The notes under the pieces are model-generated. The model saw only the letters and a list, made by a program, of their open reading frames with translations, had not been told where the DNA came from and did not search any database. From an uncultured Candidatus Saccharibacteria bacterium (lineage in GTDB: Bacteria > Patescibacteriota > Minisyncoccia > Phycocordibacterales > DATGWK01), in contig CAYHIR010000002.1 of assembly GCA_964356815.1 (NCBI GenBank), positions 7,418 to 71,417 of the forward strand: a DNA stretch of 64,000 nt, read 5' to 3'. Within the stretch, counting starts at the first letter, position 1. Each line of letters begins with the position of its first letter. Position numbers and translations under genes: made by a program. Positions 17,220 through 27,121 of this stretch are shown one piece after another.

Positions 17220-18438
17220 GTAAAACTCTAAAAAGCTCTTCGAATGTCGTCACGCCTCCGGCCACGGCATCGACACCGCAACCAAGCAAGCTCCGCCAAC
17301 CAATTTTTTCAAAATAATTTTTCAGCGCGTCATAACCAGCGCTTGATCTTATAAGTTCGCGCAGTTCATCATCTACAAAAACAATTTCGTAAACTACCGA
17401 CCGGCCACGAAAACCAGTCTTGCCACAAGCTTCACAGCCAGTACCGCGCATTTCTTTTTCGAGTCCGATCGGCTTTTTTAGCTTTAGCTCAGCCGCTTTC
17501 AAGCACCAGTTTGGGATTGGCGAAGGCTTAGCACACACAGAACAAACTTTTCTAACCAACCTTTGCGACACAACCACCGAAAGTGATGGCGCTAGTACAA
17601 AGCTCGGCACACCCATCGTAATGAGCCTCACGATTGTCCGCGGTGCATCCATAGTGTGCAGAGTAGAAAGAACCAAATGACCAGTGAGCGCCGCCGAGGC
17701 CGCAAGCTCGGCAGTTTCTGCATCACGAATCTCGCCAACCATCACCACATCCGGATCCTGTCTCAAAAGAGCGCGAAGCGCGGTGCTGAATGTAAAATTG
17801 TGCCGATGATGAACGGGTATCTGGGTCACTTTGCCGAGCGCATACTCTATCGGATCCTCTAGCGAGACAACAGAAATGTCTTTTTCTGCGACCATTTCCA
17901 AAATTTCATAAAGAGTTGTCGTTTTTCCAGAGCCTGTTGGGCCGGTTATGAGTATTAGGCCATCAGGCTGGCCAATGGCCCGCTCTATGAGCACACAATC
18001 GGCACTGGAAAAACCAAGATCGTACAACTTTCTCCTACCAGACGGCTTCGTGAGCAAACGCATAACCGCCTTTTCGCCCCAATATGTGGGCATAATAGAA
18101 AGACGAATATCGGCGAGCAAGCCAGCATAACGAAAAGTGTATCGGCCATCTTGCGGCAGAGTGTGAATATCTGTACGGAGGCGTGCCAGCACCTTAAGCC
18201 TAGCAATTAAACTGTCGTGTAAAGCGGGCGCAGGCGAATCTACTTCTCGCAATAAACCATCGACACGAAAACGCACAAATGAAGCACCTTCGCGTCTCTC
18301 TATATGAATGTCTGAAGCGCCTTTTTTAAGCGCCGACTCAATAAGCGTGTCTAAAGCCCGGGCCACACCCGGCACAACGATAGAAGCCGCATGAAGCGAG
18401 ACACCAATTGGACGAATTGAGATCTTTTCGTTGCTCAC
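17212..18438 (-). CDS. pilB: type IV pilus assembly / T2SS ATPase (GspE/PilB family)
   Basis: Walker A LITGPTGSGKTTTLY, Asp box VVSLEDPIEY, Walker B VMVGEIRD, His box GHLVLSTLHT and a C-terminal tetra-Cys motif CSVC...CEAC. Confidence 0.85.
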   Translation of the reverse strand: MSNEKISIRPIGVSLHAASIVVPGVARALDTLIESALKKGASDIHIERREGASFVRFRVDGLLREVDSPAPALHDSLIARLKVLARLRTDIHTLPQDGRYTFRYAGLLADIRLSIMPTYWGEKAVMRLLTKPSGRRKLYDLGFSSADCVLIERAIGQPDGLILITGPTGSGKTTTLYEILEMVAEKDISVVSLEDPIEYALGKVTQIPVHHRHNFTFSTALRALLRQDPDVVMVGEIRDAETAELAASAALTGHLVLSTLHTMDAPRTIVRLITMGVPSFVLAPSLSVVVSQRLVRKVCSVCAKPSPIPNWCLKAAELKLKKPIGLEKEMRGTGCEACGKTGFRGRSVVYEIVFVDDELRELIRSSAGYDALKNYFEKIGWRSLLGCGVDAVAGGVTTFEELFRVLHV

Positions 18439-18493
18439 ACAACAGAGAGTAGCCGATCGACTTCAAGGAAAGTTTAATTTTTATTAAAAATTT

Positions 18494-19108
18494 TTAGCTC
18501 GTTTTTGTACAATAATCATTCATCGCAATGCCCGCCGCCACGGCGACATTTAAAGAGCGCACACTACCGCGCTGAGAAATAGCCACTGTCGCTTGGCATT
18601 TTTTTAAAATTTCTTCTGGTATACCAGCGCTTTCTTGACCGAAAATCATGAGCGTTTTACGCGCGCCGTCCCATGAAAAATCTTTAAGCGACACAGCGTC
18701 GGGTGTATTTTCAATAGCCACCACCGATTCATATTCAGCAAAAAGCGCGTCGAGATCTTCCACAAATTTTATATGTTTGAAACGAGAATAAAATTCCGCC
18801 CCCACGCTCGCGCGGCGATCAAATTTGCGGTGACCGTAGAGAATTATTTCCTGCGCACCAAAAGCATTAGCTGAGCGCACAATATTGCCGGCATTGTTGT
18901 CGTAAAGAACATTCAGAATGAGGACGCTAAAATTTAATTTCTGCTCGTTTAAATATTTTTCTGTTTCTTCTGCCGAAAGCCATTTCAAATGATCCGCCAC
19001 ATTTCGTGGTTTGTTTTCTTCGAAGGCTAGGGTTTTGCCGGCATCGACTTCGCCCGATTTGCCCGCGCCAAACTCTAGATCTTGCGCCGTCTTTACTTGC
19101 TTTTCCAT
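18494..19108 (-). CDS. RNA 2'-O-methyltransferase, TrmH/SpoU family
   Basis: SpoU motifs NAGNIVRSANAFG, IFGQESAGIP and VAISQRGSVRSLNVAVAAGIAM. Confidence 0.75.
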   Translation of the reverse strand: MEKQVKTAQDLEFGAGKSGEVDAGKTLAFEENKPRNVADHLKWLSAEETEKYLNEQKLNFSVLILNVLYDNNAGNIVRSANAFGAQEIILYGHRKFDRRASVGAEFYSRFKHIKFVEDLDALFAEYESVVAIENTPDAVSLKDFSWDGARKTLMIFGQESAGIPEEILKKCQATVAISQRGSVRSLNVAVAAGIAMNDYCTKTS

Positions 19109-19662
19109 AAGATTTTGTGCGGGCCAGTCACCTTATCGCCCTCGCGATTGTGATGAGAAAAAATCACTGAGCGCATTTTTTCTGGCTGGGCTACATTTTT
19201 TATTTGAAAACTCCGACTATCTTCAGCCGCAGTCTGCACGCGAATGTCGCCAAAATCTAAGAAGGTCGGGATTATGCCATTCACCTCGATAGAAATATCT
19301 TGAATTTTGTCGAAACGCAAATTGGAAACTTCGCGATGAAAAAGGCTTTTCTGATCAACATCAATAATTCTTTTTTCGGTGATGTACCAGACATCAAGAT
19401 AATAATTGGTCCATTTTATAAAAAACAAAACCCAAAAAAGGAGAAGCCACAGAGAATATAAAAAGAAAACCACAGCCAAATTTGCATTAAAAGTTTGGAC
19501 AATTTTTGCTGGCAAAAAATCGCTGGCCACCGCCCATATAAGAAGTGGGCCAAAAGCACCCAAAATGATGCCTGTGCTCTGCATCCAAAAAACAAACCAG
19601 TGGCGGCGCACCTCGAAAATAATTTTCTCTCCCGGATCTAAATTGAGTTTGGAAACAAGCAT
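19093..19662 (-). CDS. membrane-flanked bacterial PH domain protein (YdbT/DUF304-like)
   Basis: Two TM helices followed by a PH-like beta region. Overlaps the trmH-family gene by 16 nt. Confidence 0.5.
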   Translation of the reverse strand: MLVSKLNLDPGEKIIFEVRRHWFVFWMQSTGIILGAFGPLLIWAVASDFLPAKIVQTFNANLAVVFFLYSLWLLLFWVLFFIKWTNYYLDVWYITEKRIIDVDQKSLFHREVSNLRFDKIQDISIEVNGIIPTFLDFGDIRVQTAAEDSRSFQIKNVAQPEKMRSVIFSHHNREGDKVTGPHKILWKSK

Positions 19663-19983
19663 TTTGGGGTTAAATTATTTATAAAGATTTTTTAAAGATA
19701 ATGTAAAGAAATAAGACTAAAACAAATAAGCACAATGGAAGCCGTGAGATACACAACCTCAGCCGTAATAATCTGTTTACTACTTATGCCATATGTCCGC
19801 CAGTGATACAAGAGCACAAAGCTCGCACCGCCAAACAAGACCATAGAAATCACAAAAAACCCCCAAGCGGCGGCCGAAAAACTGTTGGAAGATATCGAGG
19901 GTAAAATTGATAAAACGCTTAGAGAACTTTCCATAACTCAATTCTATTGCATACTGTCTAAAAATGCTACAATCTATTCCAAC

Positions 19984-21342
19984 ATGACAAAAGAAAACAA
20001 AAAAGGGTCGGTCAAAAAGCTCTCCACCGAAAGCTACAAAGGTGTGCGCGATTTCTATCCCGAAGACATGTTTATTGAGAAATACATGTTTGAAAAAATG
20101 CGCGCGGCCGCAGAAAAGTTTGGCTATGTCGAATATAGCGCATCCATCCTCGAGCCCGCCGAGCTCTATCGCAGCAAAACGAGTGAAGAAATTGTAAACG
20201 ACCAGACTTATACTTTTAAAGATCGTGGCGACAGAGAAGTGACGCTCCGCCCAGAAATGACGCCTTCTGTAGCCCGCATGGTTGCCGACCGTAAACGCGA
20301 ACTCTCATTCCCCCTTCGTTGGTATTCTATCCCCAATGTTTTCCGTTATGAACAGCCCCAGCGCGGCCGTCTCCGCGAACATTGGCAGTGGAATGTCGAC
20401 ATTTTTGGCGACATGGGTGATGCAGCGGCCGAAACAGAAGCAGAAATAATTTCTCTCACCCACTCTTTCTTCACTTCGCTTGGTGCCACGGAAGAAAACT
20501 TTGAAATTTTGGTTAGCAATCGCAAAGCTTTGGGTGAACTTTGGGACAAATTTGCTATCGCTCCCGAAAAACGCGCCGAGCTCAATCGCCTCATCGACAC
20601 CAAAGAAAAAATGAGCGGCGAAAAATTTGCGGCGGCACTCACAGAAAAAATTGACAGTAGTGAAAGCGCGTCAAGCATTGCCGAGGCATTAGAATCCGCG
20701 GAGTCTTTTGTCGAAGCCCTCGGCGAAGATGGTGAAAGCGAAGCAATGAAGGAAATTGGCCAGCTTCTCACTCTTCTTGGTGAAATGGGTATCAAAAACG
20801 CTCGCTTCTCCCCCACTCTCGCCCGCGGTTTCGATTATTACACTGGTACCGTCTTTGAAATTTTCGACACCGACCCGAAAAATCGCCGCTCTCTCGCCGG
20901 TGGTGGCCGCTACGACAACCTACTCTCCATTTTCGGTGGCGACACGGTGCCAGCTTTCGGCTTTGGCTTGGGCGACGTCACTCTTCGCGATTTCCTCGAA
21001 AGTCACAATCTTCTACCCGAATACACTTCCACCGCCCAAATTTTCATCGCCGTAATGGGCGGCACGAGCGTGCCTGCCACCACATCTGCCGCCAATTCCC
21101 TTGCCACCAAGCTCCGCGCTCTCGGTGCGTCCGTCGTACTCGATTTTAGCGGCCGAACCTTTGGCGATTGCATTAAAAAAGCTTTAAAAGACGGCGTGCC
21201 ATTTTTTGCGGTGATGGGTGAAGACGAAGTAAACGAAAATTCAATCACCATAAAAAACTTGTCCGAAAAATCTGAGAAAAGTTTCACCCTCGACGAAACT
21301 GGCATCGCCTCTTTGGCGGAATTTTTGGCCAATAAAAATTAA
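19984..21342 (+). CDS. hisS: histidyl-tRNA synthetase
   Basis: Class II motifs including GGGRYD and RGFDYYTGTVFE, plus a C-terminal anticodon-binding domain. Start chosen at MTKENKK. Confidence 0.9.
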   Translation: MTKENKKGSVKKLSTESYKGVRDFYPEDMFIEKYMFEKMRAAAEKFGYVEYSASILEPAELYRSKTSEEIVNDQTYTFKDRGDREVTLRPEMTPSVARMVADRKRELSFPLRWYSIPNVFRYEQPQRGRLREHWQWNVDIFGDMGDAAAETEAEIISLTHSFFTSLGATEENFEILVSNRKALGELWDKFAIAPEKRAELNRLIDTKEKMSGEKFAAALTEKIDSSESASSIAEALESAESFVEALGEDGESEAMKEIGQLLTLLGEMGIKNARFSPTLARGFDYYTGTVFEIFDTDPKNRRSLAGGGRYDNLLSIFGGDTVPAFGFGLGDVTLRDFLESHNLLPEYTSTAQIFIAVMGGTSVPATTSAANSLATKLRALGASVVLDFSGRTFGDCIKKALKDGVPFFAVMGEDEVNENSITIKNLSEKSEKSFTLDETGIASLAEFLANKN

Positions 21343-21370
21343 GCGCGCAAACAGGCGCGCAAATAAACCG

Positions 21371-21955
21371 ATGAACAAAGTAGTTTTCGACATTGAAACA
21401 AGTAATATTTTTGCCGATGTTGGCAAACGCGACCCAGCCTTGCTCGACATTTCTATCGTCGGTCTTTACGACTACGCGACAGACAGCTACAAATCATTTG
21501 CTCAAAATGAGTTTGCCGGACTGTGGCCAATTCTCGAGCGCGCTGATTTGCTCATCGGCTTCAATTCCGAGCATTTTGATTTGCCACTTTTAAACAAATA
21601 TTATCAAGGCGACCTAAATCAGATCAGACACCTCGATTTACTCAAAGAAATCCGCGAATCTTTTGGTCGACGCATGAAGCTCGATCAGCTCGCCGAAGGC
21701 ACACTCGGCACCAACAAATCCGGCCACGGCCTCGAAGCCATAAAATGGTGGAAAAACGGCGAGCATCAGAAGGTGCGCGACTACTGTATAGATGACGTCA
21801 AAATCACCAAAGACATTTACGAATACGCCATCAAAAACAACATGCTGAAATTTAAAGAAGACGGTAAAATTCACGATATCAAGCTCGACACATCTAAATG
21901 GCAGTCGGCGGGGGCGGAGAAGAATCCACTCACGTTTTCGTTGCCGTTTTCTTAA
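21371..21955 (+). CDS. DEDD-family 3'-5' exonuclease (DnaQ/RNase T-like)
   Basis: Exo I VFDIETS, Exo II GFNSEHFDLPLL and Exo III YCIDDVKIT. Confidence 0.65.
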   Translation: MNKVVFDIETSNIFADVGKRDPALLDISIVGLYDYATDSYKSFAQNEFAGLWPILERADLLIGFNSEHFDLPLLNKYYQGDLNQIRHLDLLKEIRESFGRRMKLDQLAEGTLGTNKSGHGLEAIKWWKNGEHQKVRDYCIDDVKITKDIYEYAIKNNMLKFKEDGKIHDIKLDTSKWQSAGAEKNPLTFSLPFS

Positions 21956-22095
21956 AAATAAATCTGCCTTATATTTTTTCTTTGCTTATGACGCTACCTG
22001 TGGATAAGTCTCACCCCCCCTCATTTTTTGTTATGATTCATCTTGTAATCATTTAATCTTATCAGAAGCTAATTTTTGAAAAATAATTTACACTT

Positions 22096-22845
22096 ATGAA
22101 AGAATATAAATTAATCGCTTCTCTATTTATATTTACTGCAGGTTTAATTGTTGGGGTACAGCTTTTTAATATATCACCAAATCAGTTTTCATCCAGCACT
22201 TTTTCAGAGCAGTACAATAACACAGCCGCTGTTTTAAATGCTGAGAACAGCAAATTGTCACCCATAATCCGTGATTCTTATACACTCACACAACCCCACT
22301 CTTTTTTAATTCAACCATTTATCAACATAATTAAAGGTTTAGATTTTGGTTCTTCTAGCCAAAATGTCACTGTTCTTCAACAATTTCTTAATTCAATAGG
22401 TTATTTCCCGTCAAGCGTTGCACCTACTCAATATTTTGGACAAATTACTTCAAATGCTTTGAAGAACTTCCAAAAGACAAACAATCTTCCTCAAACTGGG
22501 GAGGTGGACAGTCCAACAGCTTCTGCTATTGAAAATTACTTTGGAGGTTCGTTTTCTTCTACAATGGACTTTGAACCAGGTGAAATTTCCACCAATCAAA
22601 ATGTTCCTGGACCCGAATTTGATTTTGGTGGCGTTTGCACAAATTATCCTCCTCCAGGTGGTTACGAACATTTTGGTGAGCAGTGTAATTGTATGCCGAC
22701 AGATATAGTTGCCAATTGGCAGGCTGTTGGTGAAGATGAATCAATTCTGGGCCCAGGAACATGTAAGGGCTTCGGTTATCGTCAAAGGTGCGATGGTAGT
22801 ATGTATGTTGGTTACTTTTTTAACTATTGTGAGGATGTGCTATAA
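22096..22845 (+). CDS. secreted/membrane-anchored hypothetical protein with putative peptidoglycan-binding domain and Cys-rich C-terminus
   Basis: N-terminal TM. VTVLQQFLNSIGYFPS...ITSNALKNFQKTNNLPQTGEVD resembles PG_binding_1. AT-rich; eight Cys in the last 70 aa. Confidence 0.5.
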   Translation: MKEYKLIASLFIFTAGLIVGVQLFNISPNQFSSSTFSEQYNNTAAVLNAENSKLSPIIRDSYTLTQPHSFLIQPFINIIKGLDFGSSSQNVTVLQQFLNSIGYFPSSVAPTQYFGQITSNALKNFQKTNNLPQTGEVDSPTASAIENYFGGSFSSTMDFEPGEISTNQNVPGPEFDFGGVCTNYPPPGGYEHFGEQCNCMPTDIVANWQAVGEDESILGPGTCKGFGYRQRCDGSMYVGYFFNYCEDVL

Positions 22846-22942
22846 AACCCAACAACCATAAACAACAAACTATAGAAAACCGTTGACTAATAAAGTGTGC
22901 TTGAGTGTGCTTGATTGCCAAGATTTGCTATAATATCCCCTT

Positions 22943-23758
22943 ATGGAAAAAAACACACTTTCAATGCCGATCGCGATTGTGATTGCAGGAATTATTATTG
23001 CCGGAGCTGTTTATTTTTCTAATGTAAATCGCCCTGCCGGGCCGACTGGAACAAACACTGCTACACCAACAGGCTTAGCAGAAGTGGCTCTAGAAATTAA
23101 ATCCGTATCAGCAAGCGATTACATCGTCGGCAATCCAGACGCGCCACTCGTGATCGTCGAATATTCAGATACAGAGTGCCCTTTTTGTAAAAATTTTCAC
23201 AATAGCCTAAACAAGCTAATGTCCGATCTTGGTAGCTCTGGCAAAGTGGCTTGGGTCTATCGCCACTTCCCGCTTTGGAAATCAGAAAGTGGTCGTCCAG
23301 CCCTCCATCCAGCAGCAGAGAAAGAGGCTCAGGCTTTTGAGTGTGCTGGTTTTCTCGGTGGCAATACTAAGTTTTGGGAATACGCCAATCGTCTATATTC
23401 GATAACTCCGTCAAACAATCAACTCGATCCAAAAGAATTGCCAAAAATCGCTGTGTATGTAGGCCTCAAAGAAGCCGACTTCAACACTTGCCTCGAAAGC
23501 GGTCGTTTCTCACCAAAAATTGAAGAGCAGTATCAGGAAGCCAAAAATGCTGGATCTAGTGGCACACCTTTCAGCATCATCGTCTCTCGCGAGCCACTCG
23601 ATAGAAAAAAGGTAGAAAAAACTTTAAAAGAATTGACTCTAAAATATCGTTCGGGTTTAGAAAATTTTGCTATGAGCCCTGACAATCGCCGAATAGGAAT
23701 GAACGGCGCACAGCCCTATGAGCTCGTTAAGGCGCTGATCGAAGCTCTCCAGCCGTAA
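22943..23758 (+). CDS. DsbA-family thiol:disulfide oxidoreductase
   Basis: N-terminal TM, thioredoxin fold with CPFC active site. TGnTATAAT extended -10 upstream. Confidence 0.8.
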   Translation: MEKNTLSMPIAIVIAGIIIAGAVYFSNVNRPAGPTGTNTATPTGLAEVALEIKSVSASDYIVGNPDAPLVIVEYSDTECPFCKNFHNSLNKLMSDLGSSGKVAWVYRHFPLWKSESGRPALHPAAEKEAQAFECAGFLGGNTKFWEYANRLYSITPSNNQLDPKELPKIAVYVGLKEADFNTCLESGRFSPKIEEQYQEAKNAGSSGTPFSIIVSREPLDRKKVEKTLKELTLKYRSGLENFAMSPDNRRIGMNGAQPYELVKALIEALQP

Positions 23759-26700
23759 GAAGCGTTTTTCGCAAAGCGCAAAATTCGCAATCGTTTTTGC
23801 CACAGTCTTTTTCAACAAAAGAAAGATTTAGAATGTCGCGTGCCGTTTGACGGATCGTTTCTGTGAGCTCTTCAATGTGTGCGTCTTCTATAAAAAACTT
23901 TTCTTTTTTATACTCTTTTTTACCGTCACTTTTTTCATTTGGTTCGACGAAATCAATCTCTCCTGATTCCATAAAATATTTACCGTCTTCATGACCATCG
24001 AGAAGCAATCGATAGAAAACAAGCTGGCGGAAATAATCGCCAGATGAATTTTTCGTTTCGCCGAGAATATCGTTTCTAGTTTTTGGCTTGGCAGTTTTAT
24101 AATCCACAACATTCACCCGAGCATCTGAGAGAAATTCTATTTTATCGAGTTTGCCACGAATAAGGATTTTTGTGCTTGCACCAGCGGCAAAATCGGGCAG
24201 ATCGACAAACACGCCGGCAATGCCGTATTCGGAAATAGTGTTAGTTATCCAAGAGCTACTGTATGCGTCGAAATAGCCACTTAGAGCATCGGTGCCGCGT
24301 TCGAGAAATACAGCCAAATCCTCATCTTTAAGCGGCTGGCGTGCGAGCATTTTTTTGAAACTGGCGATCAAATATTCTTTCGATGCTTCCGGACGAGTTT
24401 CATCCGCCGTGCTTTGCCACTCCGCTCCGCTTTCCATCCCACCATCCGCCAAACGACCGAAAAATTGCTTCAGTGCCGCATGAATAGCCACACCATAAAG
24501 CTGACTTCGATTTTGCGCGCTTGGCAAACGGATGAGGTTTAGGAAAAAATATTTCCACGGGCAGTCGAGAAAATTATTTAGAGCGGTCACAGAAAGACCC
24601 TGCTCCAAAAATCGCGCATTGAGAAAAGTTTTATCGAGCAAACGCGGCGCTGGCGAGGCGCTAAAATCTTTGACAATAGCCGGCGTAGCCGCGAGCTCAC
24701 GCACCGCGCTGGAAACATCTTCGTTTTTTATAAATATTGAATCGATTTCTTGAATAAACTGACTCGGCAATCTATCGCGCCCTTCTGCATCGCGTCGGGA
24801 AAAACTCACAAAAAGCGAGTGCTTGGCACGCGTGAGAGCAACATAAAAAAGACGGCGTTCGTCTTCGGTGCTATTTGCGGCAGAAGAATCATCCTTGGCA
24901 CCATCAGCCGCCGCACTTTCTGAGGCTGTGCTCGGCGCGGGAAAACGAAAAAGTTTATGATCTCTTTTATTACCCCAATGTTTATCAACGACACCCACAA
25001 TATAGACATGTTCAAATTCCAAACCCTTAGACTTGTGGGCAGTCATGAGCTCGACAGCGCTATCTAAAAGACCGGAGCGATCGGAGCGGATAAGCACATC
25101 GTAGTCATCGACCGTGTCGAGATATTTGGCAAAATCGTGGAGCGTGGCGGCGCGATTGATTTCCAAAAGTTTCCCTGCCTCGCGAAAAAGCGCATCAACC
25201 TTCAGAAGCAAATTTGGCGAATCGGCCGAGTCTAAAATGTGAGAAATAAAGCCTGAGTCTTTGGCGATTTTCTCAAAAGCCTTTGTGGCCGAAGAATTAC
25301 GAGCAATAACGCTCCAGCTTTTTATTTTTCGCGCCAATTCCTTAAATTTCCGCGCATCATCTTCGGCAATTTTAGGGTTTCTCTCGCTCGCCGATAGCGC
25401 CCGAAGAATTGGCTGGCGATTTTGCCTCGCCCAATCTGTTACCAAGCTAACTTCAAGCGGATCTAAATTTAGAAAATCAAAATATAAAATGTGGCCGATA
25501 AATTCGTCGCGTGACGGCTCAAGCACAGCCCGAAAAAGCGTAATGAGCTTTCGAATTTCCACATCGGCCAAAACATTCTGATCCGAACGCACCACATACG
25601 GCACGACCACTTTTTCAAAAGCGCGAATGATTGGAAAAGCATCGCGATTTTCGCGATAGATGACTGCGATCGAGCGCGGACTAGCTCCATTTTTTATTTT
25701 TTGCTCTATATCATGCGCGAGATAGGCAAACTCCAAGCTTTCCTCAGCAAATTCGCGGAGGTTTATGGCTGGGATCGGGCCGGCGGCGTCTGAAAGCGCA
25801 CCGGCGGCACCAACAGCATCTTTCTCTGCCCCACCAAAATCCCCCGCCGCGACGAGCTTCGCGCGAAGTGATTCGTCCTCTACGTTATTTTTCAAAATCA
25901 AGTTGTGAGCGGCGTCGAGGATGGGCTGGCGAGAGCGATAATTTTCTTCGAGTGAGACAATTTTTGCCTTCGGAAATTTTTTCTTGAAAGACAGGAAATT
26001 TTCGAGTGATGCACCTTGAAAACGAAAAATGGCCTGTTTCTCATCGCCCACTACGCAAATATTTGGACTGTCGTCGAAGCTAGCAAGCAATTCGAGGATG
26101 CGATTTTGCGCGGCATTGGCATCTTGATGCTCATCGGCCAAAATAAATTGATAATTTTCCTGAAGCTCCAAAAGTAAGCCGGCATTTTCTTCGAGTGTGC
26201 GAATAGTTTCCAAAATCATGTCTTCGTAGTCATATAAACGCTCTTCCAAAAGCACTTTTTCGTAAAGCGCATAGACGCGCACGAGCTCTTTGTTTTTTTC
26301 GATTTGTTTTTCGAGGTCGCGGTAGTCGGCTTTGAGTTTGCCTTTGTGGGCACCTTTTTCATGCAAACGATCCGGCGCATTTTTCACTCGTTCTTCTTCC
26401 GCCAAAACCAATTTTTCAAAATGAGCGGCCGAAATATTTTCGCGTTTGAGATTGCGAATCATGTGGAGCGACGGCAAAACATAATACGACGGATCACCAA
26501 ACGGTTTCAGAAGCGAAAAATTATTTTCTGCCGACAATTCCGCGGATCCCGCCGACAAAATTATTTTTTCAATAATGCCAATCTGCCGAATGTCGCTCGC
26601 AGGTCGCGCGCCAATGATACGCGGAAATTCGTCGGGAAAATCGCGAATGATGTTGTTGCAAAAGCTGTGGAATGTCGTGATGTTTACCCGATACGCCGCC

Positions 26701-26963
26701 GAGCCAATAATATCCACCAACCGCCGCCGCATGCTGTGCGCCGCCGACTCGGTAAACGTGAGGGCTAAAATGCTGTCGGGCGTGGTGTCTGTGAGCTGTA
26801 AAATATTGGCAATTCGAAGCGACAAAATCTGCGTCTTCCCCGTCCCTGGCCCAGCAATAATCATGAGCGGGCCATAAATAGTGTCGACCGCCTCTTTCTG
26901 ACGCGGATTGAGCTTTTTATAGAGGTCGACAAAAGTAGGGCTTGAGAGAGGCGCGGAGGACAT
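23727..26963 (-). CDS. UvrD/PcrA/AddA-type DNA helicase fused to C-terminal PD-(D/E)XK (RecB/Cas4-like) nuclease with Cys cluster
   Basis: Walker A AGPGTGKTQ and UvrD motifs through VALTRAK. C-terminal VDYKTAKP...CGKNDCEFC nuclease region. Confidence 0.8.
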   Translation of the reverse strand: MSSAPLSSPTFVDLYKKLNPRQKEAVDTIYGPLMIIAGPGTGKTQILSLRIANILQLTDTTPDSILALTFTESAAHSMRRRLVDIIGSAAYRVNITTFHSFCNNIIRDFPDEFPRIIGARPASDIRQIGIIEKIILSAGSAELSAENNFSLLKPFGDPSYYVLPSLHMIRNLKRENISAAHFEKLVLAEEERVKNAPDRLHEKGAHKGKLKADYRDLEKQIEKNKELVRVYALYEKVLLEERLYDYEDMILETIRTLEENAGLLLELQENYQFILADEHQDANAAQNRILELLASFDDSPNICVVGDEKQAIFRFQGASLENFLSFKKKFPKAKIVSLEENYRSRQPILDAAHNLILKNNVEDESLRAKLVAAGDFGGAEKDAVGAAGALSDAAGPIPAINLREFAEESLEFAYLAHDIEQKIKNGASPRSIAVIYRENRDAFPIIRAFEKVVVPYVVRSDQNVLADVEIRKLITLFRAVLEPSRDEFIGHILYFDFLNLDPLEVSLVTDWARQNRQPILRALSASERNPKIAEDDARKFKELARKIKSWSVIARNSSATKAFEKIAKDSGFISHILDSADSPNLLLKVDALFREAGKLLEINRAATLHDFAKYLDTVDDYDVLIRSDRSGLLDSAVELMTAHKSKGLEFEHVYIVGVVDKHWGNKRDHKLFRFPAPSTASESAAADGAKDDSSAANSTEDERRLFYVALTRAKHSLFVSFSRRDAEGRDRLPSQFIQEIDSIFIKNEDVSSAVRELAATPAIVKDFSASPAPRLLDKTFLNARFLEQGLSVTALNNFLDCPWKYFFLNLIRLPSAQNRSQLYGVAIHAALKQFFGRLADGGMESGAEWQSTADETRPEASKEYLIASFKKMLARQPLKDEDLAVFLERGTDALSGYFDAYSSSWITNTISEYGIAGVFVDLPDFAAGASTKILIRGKLDKIEFLSDARVNVVDYKTAKPKTRNDILGETKNSSGDYFRQLVFYRLLLDGHEDGKYFMESGEIDFVEPNEKSDGKKEYKKEKFFIEDAHIEELTETIRQTARDILNLSFVEKDCGKNDCEFCALRKTLLTAGELRSAP

Positions 26964-27121
26964 AGGAGAACTATAACATAAGGCAAAATATGGCTAGAAA
27001 TATGGGGTTTTAATCGAAACTCAAGGTATTGACTTTTTTCTCTGCTATGATACACTGTGCGCAGAAATCGAACGACTACTCATGGTGAGGAGTCGTAAAA
27101 GCACATTCAAGGAGATCAATC

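Noticed and set aside
19692-19841. 50-aa minus-strand hydrophobic ORF between the PH-domain gene and hisS
   Set aside because: It is short, has no RBS or promoter, and would place three genes head-to-tail with almost no spacing. There is insufficient support.
22889-22908. Tandem 10-bp direct repeat GTGTGCTTGA x2 upstream of the dsbA-like gene
   Set aside because: There are only two copies, within a promoter region. It is probably fortuitous or a minor regulatory duplication, and is not a CRISPR or a variable-number repeat.
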